Below, piece after piece: positions 10,675-21,770 of a stretch of 64,000 bases of DNA. The position numbers and the translations under genes are program-made. Position 1 is the first letter of the stretch; every line of letters starts with the position of its first letter. The notes beneath the pieces are model-generated. The model made no database searches. It saw only the letters and a list, made by a program, of their open reading frames with translations, and was not told the origin of the DNA. This DNA is from Cyanophora paradoxa CCMP329 (Eukaryota; Plantae; Glaucophyta), in assembly GCA_004431415.1 (NCBI GenBank), contig QPMI01000564.1, positions 124,001-188,000 on the forward strand. Reading direction: 5' to 3'.

Positions 10675-12273
10675 CTATAGCTTTAGGTGTAGCGCCGACC
10701 ATGCATATGAGCCGGACCGGAGGAGCTGCGCATCCATGAGCCGACCGGAACTCGCGATCGAGTATCTGAGCACATGGACAGTCGAAACTCGAGCAACCGC
10801 GGCCAGGGGGCGATTTCGGATTCGAAGCCCCTCCGCAACATGCACACGCGCAGTCTATGTAGCAAGTGCCGGTCACGCGAATTGAACTAATTGCGTTCTG
10901 AGATAGCCACCCCTATCTCACCCCCGGGGGCCCCCAGTGGCTATTGGGGCTGCTTCCCCACCCCTTCCCCTTGGCGGCAGCGCGCCGGGTACAGCCCGTG
11001 TACCCCACGTCGATTCATACTAGTATCGGGGTACACGCGGGGCGCCCCTCCCCTGGGGTCCCCGCAGCTACGCCGAGCCGAACTGCGTGGGGCGCTGGGA
11101 GGCCCCCTGGGCACCGGCGCCTCCCGCGGGGCGCTGCCCGAAGGAGCGCATCGGCTCGTCGCACCAGTTGGTGAACTTGAAATTGTCGCAGGTCGCCGTC
11201 CTGACCGCGGGCGTGAGCGCGACGTCGACGACGGGGGCCGGGCGCTCGGGAGGGGGAGGGGGTAGGGGTGAGGTGGGCGGGGGGGTAGGGGGGTAAGGCG
11301 CGCGGGCAGGTCCATTACTTGCGGCCCTTGTTCTTCTCCGAGGACGACGTCCTCTCCACGAGGGGTACCGCGCCCTTCGGGCACGGCGGGCCCGTGCCGG
11401 CCGGCTGCTGCTGCGGCGGGGGCGCCCGGGGCCGCGCCCCCGCGCCGCCCTTGGGTGCCGCCCTCGGCAGCGAGGTTTTCCTTCTCGGCAGCGAGGTTCT
11501 GCGGGGCCGCGCGGCGCCCGGCGCCCGACGTCAGGTCGACGTCGGCGACCCGGGAGGCCGCACGAAGGGGGGTACGCTGCGCGCACGGCCATCTGCTGCT
11601 CGTACTCGGCGGCGTGGTTCTCCCTCAGGTACGTTCTAGCGCCTCGTGCGGCCGCCTGCCCGGCCTGCCCGGCGGGAGATGAGCCGCGGGGGGGTACGGG
11701 GATCGAGCCCGCGCTCGCGCACTCGCGCCGCTGGCAGCCGGGGCACTTGCGGACGCCCTTCGTGTTGCAGCTGAGGCAGATGATGAAGCCGCAGCAGTTG
11801 AGCTCCTGCGCGCAGGTCAGGCGGGGTTGCTGGGGAGGGCGGGCGGCGGCGTGGCGGCGTGAGGGCTCGCACGTAGGGCCCGAACATGGGGCGGGAGTTG
11901 TGCTGCGTCGCGCACGCGAGGCAGGTGAGCCTCGGCCCCAGCCTCGTGAACATGGACTCCTGCCCCGGCTGGGCCGGCGCCGCGCCCGGGCCTGCCGCCG
12001 GGGCCCTGGGGCGCCGGCTGCTGTCGCCGCCGGCCGCCGCGCTGGCGCGGGGGGCGCGGGCCGCCGCTGCGGGGCCGGCGCCGGCGCCGCCGCGCGCTGC
12101 CGCTTGGCGGGGGGCGCCGCTTCGAAGGCGCCCTCGCCATCCCCCGCGTCCGCCATCTGCGCCGGAGGTCTTCGGGGGGTACGAGGCCTCTTCGGGGGTA
12201 CGGGCGGGCACCTCGCCGTCGTTCTCCTGGACCTCCTCCTCGCTGTCGCTGCTCTCGGCGCCCTGCGAGGCGA
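10675..12273 (-). pseudogene. duplicated 3' fragment (RING + GRF zinc-finger exons, introns and 3' flank) of the gene at 27596-34062
   Basis: Colinear with about 27198-28749, introns included. GRKYW has become GRK*W (about 11313) and PKCA has become PKGA; no 5' exons. Confidence 0.85.
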
Positions 12274-12359
12274 CCGTTCCCTTAAGCGAACGATATTCCT
12301 TCCGATATTGAAGGTATCTCTAGCTCTGGCTCTTCTTCGTGTCAGTCATCCTCTGTCCC

Positions 12360-14580
12360 TAGATCTGCTCGATTTATCGTCTCTTCTCGATATCGATCTG
12401 TCTCGAGCTCTGTGTCTTTTCTTTTTTATTGTCGATTTTGGCTCTTTGTCTTATCTTTCTTCGTGCTCGTGTCTTAGTTTATTTTGCTTTTTTGTCTTTA
12501 TGCCCCCTGGGCAGCCCCCGCAGTGCTGGTGTCTAGAGACTGTGGCCGGTAATTCACCCAAAAAAGGCCAATGTGATTTGCGCTTTCTCTTTTTTTACCG
12601 GGAAAATGCTTTTCTGTGCTTTTCGAGGTGCTGTTACTCCCCATTAGAGACCTCTCATAGGAAAACGGGCCCGGCCGTCGTGTTCCCCAGGGTCGAAAAA
12701 GGGGTAGTAGGTCTGTTCATTTAGGCAAATTTCGCTTTTTGAACAAGCGAGTCCCTGCGGAGCAGGAGTGGCCTTGGGTCTTGGGGTTCAAGGCGTGAGG
12801 GTGGCAGCTCTTTGTTTTTAAACGGGGGCCGGCGCCCGCAACCGCGCGCGGTTACGGGGGAGGGGGGAGGAGAAACAGAGGGTCCACTAGCTGTAGGCAA
12901 GCTTAAGGGTACACACTCAAGTGAGAGGGTACAGAATTGTGCCGCAAGGGTACAGATATCGATGCGGGGCCCAATCGGCCGCAATTGTACCGAGTACAGG
13001 CCCCGAGGGGCCCAGTGGTCGTCTCAGCTGAATGAAAACGACTTTCGGCGCCTTTTGCCAAATTGGAGGTGGTTAATAATAATCTATGAATCATTTGAAG
13101 GTAATTCGCAGTAATAAGGCTCTGTCTAAAATGTTTATTTTGATAATCTTTCAACTAACGCATCAAATACTTTTAAATCCCACATCGTGGCACACTGCGA
13201 CCCTGTCTCATACAAATTTGCCGGCCGGCAACGTGGCGCTCCGTTAATTTGGAAACTATTTCCTGGCGAATGGGGTGCGGCCTCTTCAAATTAATAATTT
13301 TCAAATTTCGACTTGGAAGGCCAATGTGATTTGCGCTTTCTATTTTTTTCCGGGAAAATGCTGTTCTGTGCTTTTCGACGTGCTGTTACTGCCCATTAGA
13401 GGCCTCTCACAGGAAAACGGGCCGCACCAACGTGCTCCCCAGGGTCAAAAATGGGGTAGTAGGTGTCTTCAAATATACGAATTTCGCTTTCTGAAATTTG
13501 TGACAAGATACCAACAGACCTAAGGGCCTCTCCTTTCCCCAAGGCCGATTCCGCTTTCTAAAATTTGTGACAAGATACCAACAGACCTAAGGGCCTCTCC
13601 TTTCCCCAAGGCCGAATCCGTCACATCTAGACCTAAGGGCCTCTCCTTTCCCCAAGGCCGATTTAGAGACTATTTTTTTGTGAATTACCGGCCACAGTCC
13701 GACGGTCTCTAGACACCAGCACTGCGCGGGGGCTGCGGAGGGGGCACAGAGACAAAAAGCAAAGTAACCCAGGCAAGAGCACGAAGAATGAGAAGACAAA
13801 GAGCCAAAATTAAATCGACGTTTCAAGTCAAACCTCCCCCCCCCCCGGCGCCGGGGGCGGGGGGTGAAGCTGGGCGGAAATCAAGTTGAAAGCAGCTCGA
13901 GCGCACAATTGTGATTGGTGGGGACGCTTTTCAAGTTCGATAGTTCGAGTCGAAGGGCGGGATGTGTGACATTGTGTGTACGGGACCGAGGGCGGACTCG
14001 ACCGTTGCGGAGGACCGTTAGTTCGGCTACTAGTAACGGCCCGAGCCACTAATTATAGCGGCCAGGGCTCATGAGGGATGGAGGAGTTGATCAAGGGGTG
14101 GGCGCGCGGGTCTGGTTACGGCTATCACCGAAAACCATGGCTCCCCCACTCAGGCGAACCTCCCATATTGAGCGACCCATGGCCGGCACCTAGCTAGCAT
14201 CTTCGGCTAGATAGATGACCGGTCGGAAGGGCACGTCACGTAGAGCATTGATACATGTGCCGTGGTGTATCAATGCGACGTCCATTTTTGCAAAAAAAAA
14301 CGAGCCACTAATTATAGCGGCAAGAGCTGCTGGCTAGGGGCAGTCTCCAAGGCTAGCAAGCCGCGCGATGGGGAGGGGGAAGGGCTATGCTAGAGAGCCG
14401 TTCGCGCCATCGATCTTGGCGGCAGCTAGCAGCAGCAGCAGCCTGCGACAAGGACAAGGACAATGTATATACGTATGAATTTCGAAGTAGGGGGGGTTCT
14501 CTACTAGTGAAGGACACAAATCTAGAGCTCGAAACAGATCTAGATCGAGAACAGACGAGAAGTAAACCGAGAGAAGAGAC
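12360..14580. mobile_element. degenerate foldback / long-TIR non-autonomous element with an interrupted right arm
   Basis: About 12430-12565 is the reverse complement of about 13673-13820, and about 12360-12420 matches about 14510-14575 inverted. Internal direct repeat about 12566-12740 / 13319-13490 and three copies of AGACCTAAGGGCCTCTCCTTTCCCCAAGGCCGA (13516-13661). Outer ends not resolved. Confidence 0.6.
14063..14300 (+). mobile_element. 5'-truncated non-LTR retroelement (LINE 3' end or SINE), copy 1
   Basis: Ends in A9; flanked by a perfect 21-bp direct repeat CGAGCCACTAATTATAGCGGC (14042-14062, 14301-14321). Confidence 0.88.
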
Positions 14581-14707
14581 TACGTAGCTGTAGTATCAAA
14601 AAAAAACGTTAGGTAGAGCTTTAGCCGGGGGGGGCATTATCAGTTGCGCCCCCGAAAACGGCATGGGGGGCGGCACCGCCGATTGAGCTATGCGCTCTAG
14701 CTCATCG

Positions 14708-15077
14708 TTTTTTTTTTTGCAAAAGTGGACGTCGCATTGATACACCACGGCACATGTATCAATGCTCTACGTGACGTGCCCTTCCGACCGGTCAACTATC
14801 TAGCCGAAGGTGCTAGCTAGGTGCCGGCCATGGGTCGCTCAATATGGGAGGTTCGCCTGAGTGGGGGAGCCATGGTTTTCGGTGATAGCCGTAACCAGAC
14901 CCGCGCGCCCACCCCTTGATCAACTCCTCCATCCCTCATGAGCCCTGGAAGTGAAATGTCTCGCAGTCCGCCGCCCTCCCTTGCCGCCGCTCCGCCACCC
15001 CTCCTCCTCCTCACTCTGCCTCCTCCCTCCTCCTCACCTGCGCCCCAGGACCCCGATTAATCGGTGTCCCGTTTTGT
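14708..15077 (-). mobile_element. 5'-truncated non-LTR retroelement, copy 2 (longer)
   Basis: Poly-T at 14708; near-identical inverted copy of 14063-14300 plus about 130 bp more 5' sequence; 19-bp direct repeat TATGCGCTCTAGCTCATCG (14689-14707, 15078-15096). Confidence 0.88.
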
Positions 15078-17820
15078 TATGCGCTCTAGCTCATCGAGCG
15101 CTCTAGCTACAGCTCGTGCGCACCGGTATGCTCGCTCTCATGCTCCTCCTCGTCGTCCACCACGCGTCGCCGCGGCCTGCGCCGCGCTCAGCTGCAGGCT
15201 AGGCGATGGGCATTGTGCATAGCTGCTAGCTCCGATGTGTCTGCCGCGCAATCGCGGTCACGCGCGTCCCGCACCTTGCCGCGTCGCGTACGCGTGACGG
15301 ATTCGGTGCCGAGCCTACATACGTACCCCCCCCTCCGGCACCGGTGCCGAGGGGGTGGGTACGTACTTTTTCGCACATTTGATCTCACTGCGCAGCTCGC
15401 GTACGCGTGCGGCATTGCTGATATTCTACACTTAGACTACGCAACGCATCTCGCGTGCAGAGCAAGCACTATATAGCTAAAGCTATGCATCCATATCTCG
15501 CAAAGTACCGGTAAAAAGTTGTACTAGTAGCGCGTGTCTAGTTAGCTGTACGCGTGTCTAGTTAGCGCTAGCTAGCTAGCTAAGCATTCGAATTCAGCTC
15601 CTGCAAACAGCCGTTCACAACTCGTTCTATCTCTGCGTCCGACATTGGGGACGACCTCAGAAAGAATTCGCGGCGTCGCTCCATGAAATAGCCGGGGCGG
15701 GGTACTGCGTTAAAATTGCTGGCCAGGTCTCGATGGTGGAAAGAGCATATAACCCGCCCGAAGAAAGGGGAATATAGAACTTTCTGTACTGCCTGAACAT
15801 TGATTGCGGATTCTAGTACGCCCTCGGGCGTCATGGGGGGGCCTGCTTGCGTGTCCATGCCCAATCTCTCAAGAGAGACTTTCTTGTCCAGCACCTCGCA
15901 TACCAGACGCGCCAGGATGTCAGCGAGATGTACGAGTGCTACCCTGCTCGGGGTCAGAGAGTGGGAGAGCGGGGAGGGCGGGGGGGGGGGGGGGGAGGGG
16001 GGCGGGCGTACGGGTAGTGGTCCCACTCCAGCTTCGTGCACCTCTCCATCTCGCTCTCCTTCACTGCTTCCGCCTCCGCCGAGGGCCGCGTACTCTGCAT
16101 GGCCAGTGACACTGCTCGAATGTTGCAAGCTGCGGCGCATGGGCGCCGGGCGGTTCGCCCGTTCGAGGCTGGCACTTCCTCAATGCTCATGCAGCTCAAG
16201 ATGCCGTTGCCGCTGATGCCGGCAAGGACCTCGAAGAGTTGCCGGGCTCCGCTCCCGGGGTCGCCGCGATGCAGTCTAATGAGCCGCCCTAGCGCTGGGC
16301 GTGACACCTTCGTACTCGGGCAGTAGATGTTCACAGCTCTCTCGAGGTGCAGGATGAAACGACTCTCTATGGCGTACAACCTACCGCGCGGGTAAGCGGG
16401 GGGTGCAGGGAATGCAGGACGGGGGGGGGGCGGGGTGGAACGGAGGGGGGGGGGGAGGGGGGGGGGTTGGCACCCGCCTTCTTAAAGCGCGCTCGCGCAC
16501 GCTCTCGTCGATCTTGAAGGCAGGCCCATCCTTCCACATTGGCGACCGCCGCCTTGACTGTGATATGAATTCTATTGCCTGCGCATCGCTGTCACTATAT
16601 CGGTGTAGGGGAGACTGCAAGGTTTCCGCACCGCGGCGTCATCGGCCTGCTCGGAGGCACGCGCCTCTGCATCGGCGTCGTTTTGTTCACGGATAATGAG
16701 TTCCGTGGGTCCAAGGATGCGACGAGTAAGGTGGGAGCTCCGGTTCAGCGACTCAGCCACCTCTGCAAGCGCACGAAGAGCTCGCCAGCTCTTCGACGTG
16801 CTCCACGGCTTGCCTTCTCCATCACGCCGCTGTGTGAAAGCGTTAGCGTGGTTGGTATTTCTTATATTACGTAAAACGCGTGCCTGATTGCGAACGTTTG
16901 CTCGCAAGGTCTCGAATACCTTCACTTGCGCGGCAGAAGCTGCCGGGACACCAGCCAGCGGATCCGCCCACTCCTTTGCAACCACGTCCTGCCCGATGGA
17001 CGTGATAGTAAGTGGGGGTAGAGTTGGTGGGGGCCGGGGGCCGGGGGCCGGGGCCGGGGGCCGGGGCCGGGGGGGGGGGGGGGGGGGGGGGGGCGGGCTG
17101 GTAAAAGGTGGGGGTACAGAACCTTCCCGTACAAAGTCGGGCTCTCGTGCTCCGCGAGCTCCATAAGGAGGAGAACTAGGGCCTGATTCTCGTGTGTGAA
17201 CCACTTCTGAAACGTGCGTCCTTTGTAGCGAGTGATGTCCAGATGATGCCCTGCAACTTCTCCGCGGCTGGACCGCTGAGCAGCCGCAGGACGTCCTTCC
17301 CGTGCCTCCGCATCGCTTCGATGTGGGCCCCAGGACGGGGCTCTCGTCCCTCCTTTCTGGTTCTGCCTGCTGTGGTCGTGAATCCTATAGCGCCTAGCGA
17401 GTCTAGAAGTCGCTTCATATCGGGCCGCTCCGCAACGGCGTCGACGGCATCCTGAACCTTCGTGTGCACCCCCGTGTCCATCTCGTACGTGATAGCTGCT
17501 TCTGCTAGGCGTTCGAATGCCGCCATTAGCCTGCGAGCCGCAGAAAGAAACCTAGTCAGCGGTGCGTGCCCGCGGGGGAGGGGGGGGTTCCATATTTTCG
17601 TTGTTTGGATGAAGTCGGCGTCGTACTTCGAGGTGTGGATGAGCTCGTCCAGTGCCGAGATGGATCGTTGAAGGTCCATGGTGGTAGTGAAGGCGCCCTG
17701 TATGAGACCCATGGCATCCTTCATTCGTTTCTGGCAGGTAGCGTCGCTGACGGCGAGCTGCGCGGTGGATGTCAGGGTGGGCCGTGTGAGACGCTGCGAA
17801 GCCGATATCGAACCAACCGT

Positions 17821-18215
17821 AGCTAGAGGGCGGGGCGGGGCGGGGCGGGGCGCGCCGCAGCTAGAGGGCGGGCGGGGCGGGGCGGGGCGCGCCGCAGCTA
17901 GAGGGCGGGGCGGGGCGGGGTGGGGCGGGGCGGGGCGCGCCGCAGCTAGAGGGCGGGGCGGGGCGGGCGGGGCGGGGCGGGGCGCGCCGCAGCTAGAGGG
18001 CGGGGCGGGGCGGGGCGGGGCGGGGCGGGGCGCGCCGCAGCTAGAGGGCGGGGCGGGGCGGGGCGGGGCGCGCCGCAGCTAGAGAGCGGGGCGGGGCGGG
18101 GCGGGGCGCGCCGCAGCTAGAGGGCGGGGCGGGGCGGGGCGGGGCGCGCCGCAGCTAGAGGGCGGGGCGGGGCGGGGCGCGCCGCAGCTAGAGAGCGGGG
18201 CGGGGCGGGGCGGGG
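17821..18215. repeat. intronic G-rich minisatellite, about 10 units
   Basis: Unit AGCTAGAG(GGCGG)nGGCGCGCCGC repeated with variable n. Confidence 0.9.
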
Positions 18216-19339
18216 TGCTAAGACGTACGTGAGTGTTCTGAAAAACAGTCAGCAGCCGCGTGATGGGGTCCTTGCACGACGCCATGCTCGTAGCCGCGGC
18301 CGGCACGTGGCCCCCGGCAAACTCCGTGGACAGCACGGCGGTTGTGAACTCGACGAAGCAAATACGATCTGTGACGCATCAGCGGGGCATCAGAAGGGGC
18401 GCGGTAGACGGAGCGGGAGCAGCATAAAAAAGCTGCACTTTTGAAGTGAACTTCTGCGTGCTTCGACTTGGACGTGAAGTACAGCTCCAGCAGGGTTGAG
18501 AGCCACATCTTCGACTGCAGGGTGTACGTCTCGCCAGGAACCTCGTATGGCAGCGAAGCGATAAGCTGCGACGGCTGCCATTAGCTAAACGGCTGCGAAG
18601 ATTGAGAGAGGGGAGAGGGGGGAGAGGGGAGAGGGGGGGGGGGGGGGGGGGGCGCACTGCATCGATATAAGTCAGTTCTTCGCTTCTATCGAATACCTTG
18701 GTCTTGAAGTTGTAGAACTTCTTCGCCCTCTCTGCGAGCCAGTCTTCGACGTCCTCAAATCGGCATGTAAGGCTAAGATCGTCATACTGCATTTAAACTT
18801 GAGAGGACAAATGGGGAAAGAAAGCGAGATAGGTGGCGAACTGACCTGTTTCTTCAAGATGTCCTCCGAGACTGCGGCAGCTGCGCCACCTGTAGGTGTG
18901 TTCGTCTCCGCGGCCTTGCAGTTGCTCTCGTGTGCCTCGCTCAGCTTCGTCGCTTCCTGGAGCATGCGTCAGATTGAAGCGGGGGTGTCAATCAACCGCA
19001 AAGAAATAAGCTACCGGCTCGATATACGTTGTCTTAACATCATGAAGCCAGGCGACGGGGACCGTCCAAGTAACCGAATCGAGCTCGAGGCTTACTGATT
19101 CCGCTGGCCGCTTGCCGGCGGTGGCCTTGACGATCACGTCTCCCACTCGCCGCAGCAGGTCGAGGCCGTCTGGTCGTCGGGCGACGTCATTGACACATGT
19201 GATGGAGCTGAGCAGAGCCCGCTTGGAAGTTGGCTCGCGAAGAAGCAATTCTAGATCCTTCAAGTCGACAGGCACTGCATAGCTTGATGAGCCCTGAAGG
19301 TTGGTAGTTAGCGGGGTTAGTGGGACCATGCGTGGGCGG

Positions 19340-20790
19340 GGCTGCCGGGACGGGGGGTACCGGATCGACCCGGGGTACCCCTGACGAAGGCCCTGGAGCG
19401 GGGGCCGGGCTGCGAAAGGCTACTCGGTGCGCAACCCGTCGACCTTCACAGCGGGGCTGAACCAGTCGCCCCCCGGCGGGCCCCATGGCCCCCCCCGGGC
19501 TCCCCGGGCCCGGCGGGCCCCATGGCCCCCCCCCCCCCCCCGGGCTCCCCGGCCCCCGGCGGGCCTCCGGCGGCCCCTCCCCGGCTCCTTGGCCCCCCGG
19601 CAGGCCCCCGGCGGGCTCCAGCGGGCCCCGCCCGCCCAGCGGCCCCAGCGGGCCCAGCGCCCCTGGCCCCCGCGGGCCGCCCCTCCCCCTGTACCCCCCC
19701 TGTACCCCCCCTGGCCGAACTCGGTTCACAGCTGGGATCTCGTTGGGCCTTCCGTAGGCATTCGCAGGGCGGCTGTCGGGCTCGGGGCGCTGCTGTGCCT
19801 CGCACGCAGCGCGTGAGCGCTGGCAGCGGGGCGGGGCGGGCGGGGTGGCCCGGGGTACCCCTGACGAAGGCCCTGGAGCGGGGGCGGGGCGGCCGTCGGG
19901 CTTGCGGCCCTGCTGCGCCTCGCGCGCGGCGCGTGAGCGCTGGCAGCGGGCGGGGCGGGCGCGCGGGGTGGCCCGGGGTACCCCTGACGAAGGCCCTGGA
20001 GCGGGGCCGGGCGGCTGTCGGGCTTGCGGCCCTGCTGCGCCTCGCGCGCGGCGCGTGAGCGCTGGCAGCGGGGCGGGGTGGGCGGGGCGGGGGTACCGGA
20101 TCGACCCGGGGTACCCCTGACGAAGGCCCTGGAGCGGGGGCCGGCGGCTGTCGGGCTCGGGGCGCTGCTGCGCCTCGCCGGGCGGCGCGTGAGGTGAGCG
20201 TGGGCAGCGGGGCAGGGCGGCGGGGCGGGGGTACCGGATCGACCCGGGGTACCCCTGACGAAGGCCCTGGAGCGGGGCCGGGCGGCTGTCGGGCTCGGGG
20301 CGCTGCTGCGCCTCGCGCGCGCCGCGTGAGGTGAGCGCGGGCAGCGGGCGGGGCGGGATGGGGCGAAGGGCGGCGGGGGGCAGGGCGAGCTGCCGGGCGC
20401 ACCTGCAGCGTCGCGTCGGCCTCCTCCTGCGGCGGCAGCCCGTCCTCATCGCCGCCGCCCGCGCCGCCCTCGCCGCCAGCGGACGCCCGACTCTGCGGGG
20501 AGGGCGCAGTCGGCGAGAGGGAGGCGGGAGGCGTCGGTCGAGGCAGCGGGACGGGGCGGGCGGGGCGCGGCCGAGGCGGGGCGGGACGGGACGGGGCGAA
20601 GGGCGGCGAAGGGCAGGGCGGCGAGCTGCCGGGCGCACCCGCAGCGTCGCGTCGGCCTCCTCCTGCGGCGGCAGCCCGTCCTCATCGCCGCCGCCCGCGC
20701 CGCCCTCGCCGCCAGCGGACGCCCGACTCTGCGGGGAGGACGCGGCCAGCGAGAGGGAGGCGGGAGGCGTCGGTTGAGGCCGGGCGGGAC
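19340..20790. repeat. tandem exon-intron cassette repeats
   Basis: Five copies of GGGGTACCCCTGACGAAGGCCCTGGAGCGGGG (about 19372, 19852, 19975, 20108, 20246) and two copies of a longer unit (about 20386 and 20622) with a diverged third at about 21795. Confidence 0.85.
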
Positions 20791-20793
20791 GGG

Positions 20794-20978
20794 CACTCGT
20801 AAAAAGGGGGTAGCAACTGACCTAAAAGCGGGCTAAAACCGAACTTTAAGTAGGTCGGCTGCGACGTACTACGGTAAAACCGGGCTATAACCGACCTTTG
20901 AAAGATTGCAGTGGAGCTAAAACCGGGCTATAATTATATAAAAATAAGTCGGACCAATAAGCGGGCTATAAGAATACA

Positions 20979-21076
<98 letters not shown>

Positions 21077-21770
21077 ATATAGCCCCGACCAATGACTGGC
21101 CGCCCGATCGCCCGCCCGCCCGCCCCCGGCGCGCTCGATATACATGCGATGAAACACACGCAATATATTGCTGGGAAACAATCAACAGTACTCTACATAA
21201 ACTGCGCCGCGCTAGCGCTGGCGCGCAGGGCTAGCGCTGGCGCCCCGCTCGCCATCGCCGCCCGGGGAGCCCACCCCGGCCAAAAGGATGACTTTGCCCG
21301 CGCCACCGCCGGGACCAGGCGAGACCTGGCGCCCATGCCAGTGGCGGGGCGCGGCGGCACGTCTACGTATACGTATACGTACTTTCAGTTTTAACTTTCA
21401 ACTAGTACAGTAGAAGTACTAGACACAACGTCACACAAGACCTTTAATAATTTCTTTTATTCGCGCATGATAACATATATATATGTACATGTGCACGTGG
21501 TCCGATCATATCCTGGGCATTAGGTCCGAGCTATTACGTTTTAGCCCGGACCGTGGCTCAGCTTCGATCATATTCGATCATATATCCGTTTATGCCCGGG
21601 CATTAGGTCCGATCTAAGCCGCTTTAGGTCCGATCTAAGCCGCTTTAGGTCCGATCAAACCCGTTTTAGGTCCGATCCAATGCGGGCATTACGTCCGACC
21701 TTATGTTAGCCCGACTTAAGCCCGGTTTTAGCCCGCTTTTAGGTCAGTTGCTACCCCCTTTTTACTAGTG
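20794..21770. mobile_element. non-autonomous CACTA (EnSpm) DNA transposon
   Basis: CACTCGTAAAAAGGGGGTAGCAACTGACCTAAAAGCGGGCTAAAACCG at the left end and its inverse ending TTTTTACTAGTG at the right; 3-bp GGG duplication; subterminal TTAGGTCCGA repeats. Confidence 0.9.
20981..21073. repeat. (TA)n microsatellite inside the CACTA element
   Basis: Uninterrupted TA dinucleotide run of about 93 bp. Confidence 0.97.

Noticed and set aside
13496-13661. Three 33-bp direct repeats resembling a CRISPR array
   Set aside because: Spacers are unequal, the first repeats upstream sequence, there are no cas genes, and the block lies inside a eukaryotic transposon.
19372-20290. CTGACGAAGGCC...GGCC repeats resembling Penelope-type hammerhead ribozymes
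   Set aside because: No copy has GAAA directly after stem II (only copy 1 has a displaced GAAA), and the unit is explained as an antisense exon-intron cassette. An Infernal hammerhead scan would settle it.
20911-21234. ORFs with (YI)n repeats
   Set aside because: They are translations of the (TA)n microsatellite.
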